A program made the translations under genes and the position numbers. This document shows, piece after piece, positions 1-10,850 of a stretch of DNA of 46,223 nucleotides. Source of the stretch: Hydrurus foetidus (taxonomy: Eukaryota); contig UYFQ01000606.1 of assembly GCA_900617105.1 (NCBI GenBank), positions 1 through 46,223 of the forward strand, given 5' to 3'. Numbering within the stretch: the stretch's first letter is position 1; each line of letters opens with the position of its first letter. The notes beneath the pieces were generated by a model, which saw nothing but the letters and a program-made list of their open reading frames with translations, was not told where the DNA came from and did not search any database.

Positions 1-1426
1 TGCAGTCTTCGCGGACTTAGCACGTGGTTTGATGGTGTCCTCATCAGGCTCAGCAGCGCGTTTGGAGATAGGCTTATCTTTAGAACGCGTAGCTGGGCCT
101 GGAGTAACCTCATAACCAGCAGCCCGCAGCTCGTTAGCTGAGTTTCTGAGAGTAGTCAGTTGCGTCCACCAAACGGATCGAAAATCTTTCAAATCGTTGA
201 TTGGAACAGTCTCACCGTTCACCTTGCGGCGTAAGATGAGCTGCCAATTGACGGGGTGGGTAGGCAACTGACGCTCTAGAATCTTAACAGCCTTAAGCTG
301 TTCCTCAGCAGTAGTGCTGGGGAAATTTGCTACCAATGCACCAAGGGCAGTATCGTTACAGGAGTCAGTCTCAATGTTGTTCAAATCAAATCTGAAATTG
401 AACGATGAGACTTGCTCGAGGAACGATGCCTGACCCAAAGGTGTATCGATGGACTCATCAGGTACTGCCTTGAGGAGTTCTTTGCAGAATCTCTCGGTAG
501 TCCATGACTTCCACTCTTCGCACTCGTCGCGAATTGCTCTCTCAGTGCAATACTGCCTTTGCAGGAGTGTTACAAGAGATTGCTCGACGTCTAATGGTAC
601 CACGTCAAGAAACGTATAGGGGCAACCATTCTTGCGAAGGTCGTTGGTGATGCTTAAAACTTCCAGATGAGTTGGAACCTTGCTGAGCTTTCTAACCTTT
701 TCATGAGGTAATAGATAGCGTGCAGCAAGGTTTGAAACAACAACATCGGTAGTAACACCACCAACGGTAGCAAAAGTTGCCACACTCTGAACATTACTGT
801 TCATGACATTGCTGTCGGAAGTGGGCAACAGGGAATCGGTTTGCACCGGGTTTGCAGGCAAAACCGCGGCAGATAACACAGGCAGCACAGGCAAAGCAGG
901 CAAAACATCACGCACAATGACAGGTGTGGCGTGATGTCGGTGGCGGCGATGGCGGTGATGGCGGTGATGTCGGCGGTGGCGGCTATCATCGTGGATGATG
1001 GTGATGGTGCTGGTGGCGAAGGCGCCGGCTCCAAAAATACTCCATCCACTCGCTGGGGAAGTTGTTGATGTTCAACAGAGACTTCCCCCGCTTGGGATAT
1101 CGCTAGATCCGCTGTAAAAGCTCCAGATGGAGCGGAAGATGGCTGCAAAAATTTTGCAAGGGGTTTCCCCCTCCCACGCCGGGGGCCAAATTCGAAGAAG
1201 GGTTAGAGGCGATAGATAGATGGGCTGCGACATCAGTCGCAGCAACAGATGGATCTGGAAGCGAGGGAGGATTCGCCGAGTCGGAATCTCCCGTTGTGCT
1301 AGCGTCCTGGCTGTTGGCGACGATTTCGTCGACAGCGTCAGTTGATGGCGCTTCCTGTGAAATCGACAGGGGAGCCGTCGAAACGGCCGATACCCTGGAA
1401 AGTCTTCGTCGGTTGCTGGAAACCAT
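1..1426 (-). CDS. gag: Gag-like protein of Gypsy element 1 (partial; split over frames 1103-1426, 801-1148 and ~1-830)
   Basis: Manual translation of 1-600 (-) gives ...ECEEWKSWTTERFCKEL...SFLEQVSSFNFRFDLNN...LPTHPVNWQLIL...DFRSVWWTQL, matching DACNGWKHWTNQMFCREL...SFIETVSQVALQFDLKN...LPVEPVNWRAVL...DFRFVWLAQL in ORF 10839-12311. The N-terminus is Pro/Ser-rich low complexity with 9-bp repeats at ~930-1010. Confidence 0.8.
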
Positions 1427-1526
1427 ACTGGTGATCAGTGCCAGATGGTCGTCGGATGTCGGCAGTTGAAAATCTATCTAGCTCTCCAGTAACGAGAGTT
1501 CGTCTAACAACTCTCAATATTAATAT

Positions 1527-1799
1527 TGTAGTCGCGGCCGGATTCGAGTACGAAGAATCCGGGTAAAGACGGTATGCTGGAGTAAACTGTTAGGTTAGTT
1601 ACAGTTTGTGAAAGAAGCGAGCAAGCAGCTAACAACAGACACAAACGATAGGCTACAAGGGTGCTGATGCTGATGAGCGTCCGTTACCGGTGGACAGTTG
1701 ATGTGGATGAAAATAGACTATGGGTGCGTGAATTATATACATACGTGAATATATACAAACGTATACGAAGCGTACGGTGAACGTATGTGCTAGGCTACA
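1527..1799 (-). repeat. 5' LTR of Gypsy element 1 (273 bp)
   Basis: Starts tgtagtcg and ends taggctaca. It has the same termini and a similar length to the 262-bp LTRs of element 2, and lies upstream of gag. Confidence 0.8.
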
Positions 1800-1931
1800 C
1801 ATCCAGACAACGCATCTGATCTAATATTTTTGCACAACTCATGGCCGTATGCGGAGAAGTATAATCTGAAAAGAAAAGCTGAAGAGCAGGAAGAAAAGAA
1901 TGCTGCAGCAGCCACAAATGTTACAGTTTAA
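1800..1931 (+). pseudogene. hAT transposase C-terminal dimerisation-domain fragment, cut by Gypsy 1
   Basis: Manual translation from 1800 gives HPDNASDLIFLHNSWPYAEKYNLKRKAEEQEEKNAAAATNVTV*, resembling the hAT C-terminal motif (RxxL)xPxxxxxLIFLHxN. It is below the ORF-track cutoff. Confidence 0.7.
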
Positions 1932-2147
1932 TATGCTTTCAGTCAATAGATTTTTTGTATTGTTTTAACGTTTTAAATGAAGTTATTAAGAAACTCATGT
2001 CCTTTAATATGGCGACTTGCCGTACTTGCCGTCGGCAACTAGCCGTCGGCAACTTGCCGCCGGCAAGTACGGCAAGTGACCCCTTCTGAACTAGCGGCAA
2101 GTCGGCAACTTGCCGTCGACCCCCATCCGAGGCGGCAAGCAGCCCTA
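1800..2147 (+). mobile_element. 3' end of a hAT-family DNA transposon
   Basis: Contains a transposase C-terminal fragment (1800-1931), a dense subterminal array of CTTGCCG/CGGCAAG motifs in both orientations (~2012-2140), and the terminal CAGCCCTA (2140-2147), the reverse complement of the hAT-type TAGGGCTG terminus. Confidence 0.7.
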
Positions 2148-3289
2148 ATTTTTTTGGATGAAATGCTTTTGGATGGTGTGCCGTAACATTATCGAAATTG
2201 TAATCGTTTCCTGTTGCTTTTCTGGATGATGTGCCGTAATATGAAATCCTATCCAAAAAGATTTTCTATCCATAAAGTGATTCAGTTGAGGATTTAAGCT
2301 TCGGTTCTTGATCAACAATGCCACAATTTCTTGGTCCATAACACCTCGATAATTTTCTGCCGATCACAAAATACGGAAACGGTCACTTCACTTTTCCCAC
2401 TCACTTCACCTGACGTCTATCAATCCAATGCTACCGCAGTCCACTAGAGATGGTAAGATCTCATCGCAGACACATTTTGAGGCCATACTTGTGCGAAGAC
2501 TTCTCTCCAGCGGGATGCTTTTAGTCTGGTAGTTTTATTAGCTCACAGTCAAACAGCTTGCCCTCTCATCCAGAATTTCCGCCTTATCGTCCTCGAAACA
2601 TGAGTTTTTGCAAGATGCACTATGAATTGGGAACCTCAGCTAGCGGAGGGGTGTCAGATCTTTTGTAAACATATAACAAATCGTTTTTCTTCTAGCTCCG
2701 CTAGCTGGCATTCTTTCTCCTAGAAACGGTTTGAAATACAAAAATTTCTCGACAATTTTTGGACGAGGCTTCCCCTCAATTCAATGGCAACTGTCGCCGG
2801 AATGAGCATCCATCCGCAGAGGAAACGGTGTCATTTTAAGAGGTGTCGCGATCACGGGGCATAAGTTTTTGACACAACCGTCTGCATATCAATTGACAGT
2901 GCTCAACCGGCTGGACCAGTCGTTGGTATGGGGAAAATGCACGTCAATTATGCTGCTGTGGCCAATTTTGGGCTCTTCTGCTCAACATAATGTATAAGAG
3001 ATTATGCAATGACGCTTTTTAGCAGCGTTGGCTGAATGCGTTGGCACATCTTCTCTTTGAGAGGAGTGAAATAGCTTTAAATCTCCATGTATGACAAGTT
3101 CTGCTTCTCCTTTAGCACTTTAGTCTCGCTGATACCACAAGGACAGAAGAAACAAAAGAATTGGTAACCGTAACTTTCGTTATAAATTAGGTCGATATAA
3201 TTTAAAAGCAGCATATGTATCTACGGAGGGTGAGCGAGAGGGAGAGAGAGAGAGAAGATGGAAGAGAGATAGTCAAAATAGTGTCATTT

Positions 3290-3609
3290 AACAAAATCCC
3301 AGGCTTTTTCACTGATGGTACATCCATGGCTGTTTCTCTGTGCTTTACGTCCCCAGCAATAAATGGTTCTTGTGTTTAACACGGATTGCTGAGGACGGCA
3401 GAGGAGCCATTTATCTTAAGATGATAAATGGCTCCTCTACGAAACCCTTCGCTATTTCACTGACAAATAACAATCCTTCGCTGTTTCACTGACAAACAGC
3501 AATCCTTGGCTGTTTCACTGACAAACAGGCAATCCAGAGCTGCTTTACTTTAAAAATTGGGGTCCCCAGCGATCTGTGGTGCTTGCGTTTAACACAGATC
3601 GCTGGGGAC
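3290..3609. repeat. Cluster of inverted repeats and ~30-bp tandem repeats
   Basis: Perfect 16-bp stem at 3400-3438; perfect 17-bp stem at 3562-3609 with a degenerate copy at 3349-3396; three ~30-bp units containing GCTGTTT-CACTGAC-AAACAGC at ~3445-3536. Confidence 0.9.
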
Positions 3610-4354
3610 GGCGCGAAATTCCTGATGATAATTCGAGTTAGGGACATATATGAGCTAATCTGATTGAAAGCCATTGAGGAGAAGTCATCATGCAACATGA
3701 AAATCAAAGGTGCAGGAAATCAAACTCATTTCCTTGACTCCAGCAGGAGAAAAAGTCACCCAATTTTTAAGGAAAAAATATGGCATTTGAATCTTTACTG
3801 AAAGATGAGCTCACCATCAACAGGAAGACTACCGACGGCTCCAGATGACCTGAGATGCGCTCGCACTTTTTCCTGATCCTCGGGCAACAGAAAGAATGAC
3901 AAGAGGGTCAGCAAGGTTTTGAAAATGATCAACATAAGTCGCTGCAAAAACAAAAATCAGTTGTAGTCCAGAACAACATTTGAGTATCGAACCTGGTAAA
4001 GTTGGGCTTCCGAAGAAGGCCAAGCTACTCAGAAGCTCCACCGCTAGAGAAATGGTGGAGCTCTGGTATCAGCTAGAATTGTGCGCAGAGACGAATATAC
4101 TGGATGACAGTTGGGTACACTTCCAAACTTTGGGTACATTTTCACGGTTCTCAAATCCGTAACAGGAAGAATTTAAAATACTGACGTTTAGTGCCCTATC
4201 ATCATCAATAAATTTTTATTTTCAATTCCCTTCGGCCAAATCACTAATCTTTACATGGTCTACAACATGCGCTATTCAGAAGTCAATAATTCGATCATTG
4301 AAAATAGTTGTGGGTGAAAGACTGAAAAGGTGTTATGGACCAAGAATTTAAATC

Positions 4355-5760
4355 ATGAATCGTGAAGAAATCAAAATTCCTCCATTCAGTGAGTACTTGA
4401 AACGCAGCAGAGCTAGGAGGAGATGGTGGGCACAATGGGATACATTTAGTGATGACGATGAGGCTGAAAAAGAAGGAGGAGAAGAAAATGAAGAGGATCA
4501 TGTAAATAAGGTGCAGACTAAAAGAAGAACATATGAATGGGAGAACTACAGAGAAAGTTGCTGGTGGAAGTTTCTGCAGAGAGATAATCTAGATGATCTG
4601 ACTAGCAGAGACGGGAAAACTTTCCGAAACCGATTTACAGTGCCACATCAATTATTTATTCAGTTACTTGCATTGGCAACAGAATGGTTTCCACAGAAAT
4701 CCATCGATGCTTACGGTAAAGAAGTTACACCTGTATCTTTGAAACTACTTGGCACTCTGAGAATCCTGGGCAAAGGTTGTAGCTGGGATTTGTTATATGA
4801 GTTATCAGGGGTATCCGCTGAAGTGCATCGAAGGTGGACATTAGCTTTCGTCAGCAAGTTTGCATTGGAGATGTATCCAGTATATGTGCATGGTCCGAGA
4901 GATAATAGTGAAATGGAGACTGTCACCGGACTTTATGCTGCAAGTGGCTTTCCTGGATGCATTGGATCTACAGACTGTGTTCATATAAGATGGGAGAGGT
5001 GTCCAGCAGTATGGTCATGAGCATATCGAAATGGAAAACACAGCTATGCATAAATAGCTTACGAGATGACCGTTACTCACTCCAAAAAGTTTCAATCAAC
5101 AACTACGGGACATTATGGGACAACATCTGATAAGACAATTGTCAAATTTGATGGTTTCGTCCAGCAAGTCAGGTTGGATAGAAGGTACACAAATGCAGAG
5201 TTTGAGCTTCAAGTAGGTCCCAATGAATGGATTACAGAGAGAGGAGTGTACCTGTTAGTGGATGGAGGGTATCACAAATGGCGTATCATGCAGTGCCCTA
5301 TAAAGCACACTCCTGAAGTTGATCAGATAAGATGGTCTGAGTTTGCTGAAAGTATTAGAAAAGATGTAGAATGCTCATTTGGTATATTGAAAAAAAGATT
5401 CCAGATAATTAAGATAGGAGTTAACTGGCAACGCAAAACTGATATCGATAATGCTGTTTTTTCCTGTGTTATACTTCACAATATGTTGCATGAGTTTGAT
5501 GGTTACGATGAAAGATGGGAGAATGAAATAGAGAACTCCCACAATGACAAAGAAGAGCAAGCTATGCTCGACCGTATAAGAAGAAGAGTTGTAAAGGCGT
5601 CAGAGAACAATGAAGACTACAGTGATGTGGGGTGCTTGTATGCTAACATTAATAATATTGCTTACGCCAGCTCCTTAGATGATGTCGAAGTCGAATATTC
5701 AGATAAATTTGAACAGTTGCGCGATAAACTTGTTAATCATTTAAAGTGTCAGTACCTTGA
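4355..5760 (+). pseudogene. PIF/Harbinger DDE transposase (plant-transposon-protein/HARBI1-like); two in-frame stops; true C-terminus found at 12886-13159
   Basis: Motifs GFPGCIGSTDCVHIRWERCP, YLLVDGGY, RKDVECSFGILKKRF and CVILHNM. ORFs 4355-5020 and 5066- are in the same frame, separated by WS*AYRNGKHSYA*IAYE. Confidence 0.92.
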
Positions 5761-7164
5761 AAACAGCATTATCGATATCAGTTTTGCGTTGCCAGTTAAC
5801 TCCTATCTTAATTATCTGGAATCTTTTTTTCAATATACCAAATGAGCATTCTACATCTTTTCTAATACTTTCAGCAAACTCAGACCATCTTATCTGATCA
5901 ACTTCAGGAGTTAACTGGCAACGCAAAACTGATATCGATAATGCTGTTTTTTCCTGTGTTATACTTCACAATATGTTGCATGAGTTTGATGGTTACGATG
6001 AAAGATGGGAGAATGAAATAGAGAACTCCCACAATGACAAAGAAGAGCAAGCTATGCTCGACCGTATAAGAAGAAGAGTTGTAAAGGCGTCAGAGAACAA
6101 TGAAGACTACAGTGATGTGGGGTGCTTGTATGCTAACATTAATAATATTGCTTACGCCAGCTCCTTAGATGATGTCGAAGTCGAATATTCAGATAAATTT
6201 GAACAGTTGCGCGATAAACTTGTTAATCATTTAAAGTGTCAGTACCTTGATAAAGGCTTCTTCTTATACGGTCGAGCATAGCTTGCTCTTCTTTGTCATT
6301 GTGGGAGTTCTCTATTTCATTCTCCCATCTTTCATCGTAACCATCAAACTCATGCAAGATCATGGGTCACTAAACTGAAAACTGCTATCATGCAACGCCC
6401 TGATACTTGTAGTGATGATGATGAAGAAAGAGATTCTTTTTAAATTAGAAGCGTAAATAATATTTAAATTTTAATCCAATGCAATTTTCCATCAAGGTAC
6501 TGACACTTTAAATGATTAACAAGTTTATCGCGCAACTGTTCAAATTTATCTGAATATTCGACTTCGACATCATCTAAGGAGCTGGCGTAAGCAATATTAT
6601 TAATGTTAGCATACAAGCACCCCACATCACTGTAGTCTTCATTGTTCTCTGACGCCTTTACAACTCTTCTTCTTATACGGTCGAGCATAGCTTGCTCTTC
6701 TTTGTCATTGTGGGAGTTCTCTATTTCATTCTCCCATCTTTCATCGTAACCATCAAACTCATGCAACATATTGTGAAGTATAACACAGGAAAAAACAGCA
6801 TTATCGATATCAGTTTTGCGTTGCCAGTTAACTCCTATCTTAATTATCTGGAATCTTTTTTTCAATATACCAAATGAGCATTCTACATCTTTTCTAATAC
6901 TTTCAGCAAACTCAGACCATACGATGAAAGATGGGAGAATGAAATAGAGAACTCCCACAATGACAAAGAAGAGCAAGCTATGCTCGACCGTATAAGAAGA
7001 AGAGTTGTAAAGGCGTCAGAGAACAATGAAGACTACAGTGATGTGGGGTGCTTGTATGCTAACATTAATAATATTGCTTACGCCAGCTCCTTAGATGATG
7101 TCGAAGTCGAATATTCAGATAAATTTGAACAGTTGCGCGATAAACTTGTTAATCATTTAAATGT
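5761..7164. repeat. Five alternating inverted/direct near-identical copies of the transposase 3' region
   Basis: 5761-5910 is the reverse complement of ~5310-5459. 5906-6251 is a copy of ~5416-5761. ~6257-6357 is the reverse complement of ~5486-5587. 6358-6920 is a reverse copy running from the end of the Myb gene back into the transposase. 6921-7164 is a copy of ~5505-5749. The same peptides recur in the ORF track on both strands. Confidence 0.92.
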
Positions 7165-7426
7165 TGTGGTCGACGGTGGGGCCTAGGACGTCGGAGCTGT
7201 TGGTGGCTGGTACGGTGGGCAAGCGGTGGAGCAAGAGGAAGCGGAAGTCGGTAGAGAAGACTTATGTTAATATCTTACAGTTGAATATATACAAGTGATG
7301 TGTACGCTAGTGCACTCACATCATACATAGAACTAAGACCTAAAAGTGGAATCTGGGCGTAGTATACCTATTGTACCTAGTTAACCTAGACACATTGTAT
7401 CCCCTTAGGAATGCAATAAGGCTACA
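7165..7426 (-). repeat. 3' LTR of Gypsy 2
   Basis: tgtggtcgac...aataaggctaca; identical by eye to 12624-12885. Confidence 0.97.
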
Positions 7427-7446
7427 CTACCCCTTCTTCCTTTTTT
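7427..7446 (-). promoter_or_regulatory. Polypurine tract of Gypsy 2
   Basis: The minus strand reads AAAAAAGGAAGAAGGGGTAG immediately before the 3' LTR. Confidence 0.9.
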
Positions 7447-7625
7447 GAAGATCTTTGATGATATATAAAAAAAAGAAAAAAAGAAGATATGTAAAACATA
7501 TATATAAATGAGATATAAGTGAAACGATTATGTCAGACTTTTACTGACTAAACTCTCCAAAAAAAGACCCATAGGTAAAAAAAATAGGAGAGAATCCTCA
7601 TGGATAAAGTTTCAAATATATTAAG

Positions 7626-10600
7626 TCATCGATGTTGTTTATTGATTAATTTAGTCATGTTATTATGACGTAAATAATCATGAAGTTTATCAACATCACG
7701 AAGACTTGAGTAAGGTTCCCAAGTGTTTTTGTCAGAAGGGTAGTTCAACCATTTGACTAAAAACTCTATGTGGGTACGTTGGTGTTTGCCACGATGATCC
7801 AGAATCTCTTCAACAAAGTATTCCATGTGATCACGTCGTGCAACATCCAACGGATTTGTGATTGAAGGGTCAAATAGAAACGGTTTCATTGCAGATACAT
7901 GAAACTCTGAAGTTTTCTGAGTGACTAAATCATATAGTGTGTAACGCGAATTTTCGCCACTAACGACTTTTAATGGACCTCTCCAATGCGTATGAAGGCG
8001 TGAAGGAGGAGAGCCATCGCGATAGTGCACAAGAACATATGAGTCCTTCGGATACTCTACATGCTGAGAAACTTGAGACTGACTTTGATGAAGCAAATCT
8101 GTACGAAGAAGTTCTTTAGCAGAAGCTTTCAGAAGACTATCTTGTGTTTTGATTAGATTGCTTAATCGTTTTGACAAAGGTTTGTCATCAGTAACGTTTC
8201 GCTCAGCAGGAGGTAAAAGATACCTCTGTCGAGTTTAAGTACATTTCCGAAAAGAAGTTGTGAAGCTGATATCTTCAAACGATCACTGTGATTAGAATTT
8301 ATAATTCTTTGCACAAATGGAAGTGATGTTTTATAGTCTTCTAATGTGACATTATCATAAGTTAATGCACGAAGATGTCTATTAACTTCTTTATTCATGC
8401 GCTCAACAATAGCATTTTCTTCTTTAGAGTATGCTAAAGTAAGACAATGTTGAGTGCCAATAAGAGTTAGAAACTCTTTGATTACTTCGGAAATGAAGTG
8501 TGGCCCATTATCAGAACGGAGTTGAAGAGGTGCGCCGAAACGACCGAAATGTTGCAAGAGGCATTTAGCTGTTGAAAGTGCAGTAGCATCTTCTGTGTGA
8601 AACAGTTCAACCCATCTTGTGAACGTATCGATAATTACGAGTACGTACCCGCCGTCTGGAAACGGTCCTATGAAGTCTATGTTTAGGCATTCCATAGGTG
8701 TGTAAGTAGAAGTCGAGAAGCCATGAGCATGTATTGGTATCTTTAACATACTCATCTTCTGACAACACGAACAGTGATCTATGAAGTACCTGACATGCTG
8801 TCGCATATATTGCCAATTTTCATTTCTATCTCTGAGACGTTTTATAGTACGCTCGAGGCCGAAATGACCAACTTGTGAATTATGCAGTTCACTGATTTTG
8901 TCATACTGCTCACGTGTTAGTTTAAATTTTTCAATAGTATTAGCAGACATGATTGCATCAGGAGTATATTCCTGAGGAAAATCAACCATGTTATTGCGAC
9001 AGAGTCGAGACATCGAATCAGCTATGTTATTGTTAGGTCCAGGAATATATTCAATGTTAAATGAATATTCAGATAAGGCCATAAACCATCTGACTATCAT
9101 TGGATTTGAATTTTCCTTTATGTATAACAAGTTACGATGGTCTGTACGTAATGTAAACGTACGATCACGTAATAGCGATTTTAAATACGTGCACGCATAA
9201 AAGATAGCATATGCTTCTTTCTGTATGACTGCCCAACGAAGCTGAGCTTTGTTGAGTGACTTACTAACAAATGCTATGGGCGTCTCCTTTCCGTCAACTA
9301 ACTGGAAAAGATAGGCACCTACACCATAGTCCGATGCATCAGTGTGCAAGTAAATCGGATCGGTGTCACTTAGAAAGTGCATAGTCGTGCATTTAGAAAT
9401 CTCAGATTTGATCAAATTGAATGCTCGAAGAGCTTCTATTGTCCATGTTATTTTCTTATATTTATTGTAGTTAAGCAACAACTGGTTCATTGGATATACA
9501 ACAGTTGAAGCGTTTCTAACAAAATCGTGAAAATAATTAACCAATCCTAAAAAACTTTTAAGTTGTTTAGATAGTACTGGTTTAGGAAAATCTAAGACAT
9601 TCCGTATTTTTTCTTGTGACATTCTTAGTCCTTCAGCAGAAAGAACTTTGCCAACATAGTCTATCTCGGCGTAGCCTAGATAACTCTTATTCGGTTTAAG
9701 GAATATTTTGTGTTTTCTAAAGCGTTCAAAAACAAGACGAAGTCTCGCAATGAGCTCATCAATGTCTTTACCGAAAACATTGCAATCATCGATATACATT
9801 TCGCATATAGAGTATATCAACCCTGCTAGCACAACAGTCGTCATGATCTGTTGGAAGTAGGAGGGAGCTTGTTTAGGCCCAAAGGGTAAACGAGTAAATT
9901 GATATACTCCGCAGAATAGTATGAATGCAGTATAAGCGCGTGCAGCGAGCGTAAGTGGTGCTTGATGATATCCTTGAGTAAGGTCAAGTACAGCAAATAC
10001 TTTTGCTCCATGTGCACCTATTCGACGCAACATCTCACCGATGTGTGGAATAGGATGTGATGTATCTTCGGTACAGTTATTTAAGTTCCGAAAATCTATA
10101 CACATACGCTTAGTTCCATCTGATTTAGGAACTAACAAAACTTGGCTATAATATGCCGCGTTTGATTTTTCGACAATTTTATGTTTTTCAAGCTTTGTTA
10201 TTTGACTTAAGATGTCAGCTTGATCAACATTTGATTTTGTCCATGGAGGTTGCCTATTCTTAGGTACTTTCCATTTAGTATCATTGACATTAAAGTCAAA
10301 GGTGGAATATCAGCAGGAGTTTGTGATAGTTCACTGCTAAATATATCCTCAAATTCGTGTACTAGTATACGTAATTTGTTTTTCTGCTCTTCATCACCTG
10401 CTATGTGTATTAGCGAGAGTGGATCTGAAGCAGGAAATTCATCCATCCAAGGTGAAAACGAGTCCTTGATCGAGTCGTCGATTTCGTCTTCATCAGGTGG
10501 TACTGCTCCAAAGAGTCTTTCTGACTCTTGAATCAGCGAGGCTAGAATAACGTGTGTTTGGGTGACTGCCGGTTTCACCTTTTGGGTTAAAGGATCCACT

Positions 10601-10850
10601 TTTGGGGAGCCTTCGGAGGGTTGCAAATTCTCCTTAGGCAAGCAGCCACACGTTACGTCCACATCTTCAGAAGTTAAAACTTCTTCCAACGGAACAGTGC
10701 CTGATGAAGCATTGGCGGATATTTGATCCGGGAATCGTGAAAACAAATTCAATTGACGAATTGTTTTACGTCCCACTACTAGATCAAATTTAGAATCTTC
10801 TAAAATATAAGCCGTGATTGGAAAAGTATAGTAATTATTTAAATCATGGC
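7626..10850 (-). CDS. pol: Pol (end of protease, RT, RNase H, integrase, chromodomain) of Gypsy 2, with 3 apparent single-base frameshifts
   Basis: RT: RMCIDFRNLN, LDLTQGYHQ, RLPFG, YIDD. RNase H: HTDASDYGVG, KEAYAI, TDHRNL, ADSMSR. Integrase: HHCC and IDFIGP/SDNGPHF/IVERMN. Chromodomain: YFVEEILDHR...FLVKWLNY...NTWEP. Confidence 0.96.

Larger units (their letters stand above)
1..1799 (-). mobile_element. Gypsy-type LTR retrotransposon 1, 5' portion (5' LTR + gag); continues off the left edge
   Basis: The LTR has TG...CA ends (1527-1799) whose termini match those of element 2 (plus strand tgt[a/g]gtcg...aggctaca). The minus-strand translation of 1-800 aligns by eye with the gag of element 2. 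Confidence 0.85.

Noticed and set aside
1669..1715. Hammerhead-like CTGATGAG...GTCC...GGAC...GAAA in the Gypsy 1 LTR
   Set aside because: GAAA does not follow stem II directly, stems I and III are not evident, and it is antisense to the element.
1800..1820. CATCCAGACAACGCATC as the Harbinger left subterminal end
   Set aside because: Better explained as hAT transposase codons (HPDNAS...LIFLHN) followed by a hAT terminus.
3445..3536. CRISPR-like array
   Set aside because: The ~30-bp units are adjacent with no unique spacers, there are no cas genes, and the context is eukaryotic.
5018..5053. Stop-codon reassignment or selenocysteine suggested by in-frame TGA/TAA/TAG in TE ORFs
   Set aside because: All three stop types are involved, and host gene exons are open and end in ordinary TAA/TGA; mutation is sufficient.
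5375..6877. Hydrophobic 61-aa ORFs MLFFVIVGVLY... as small membrane proteins
   Set aside because: These are antisense shadows of the duplicated transposase segment.
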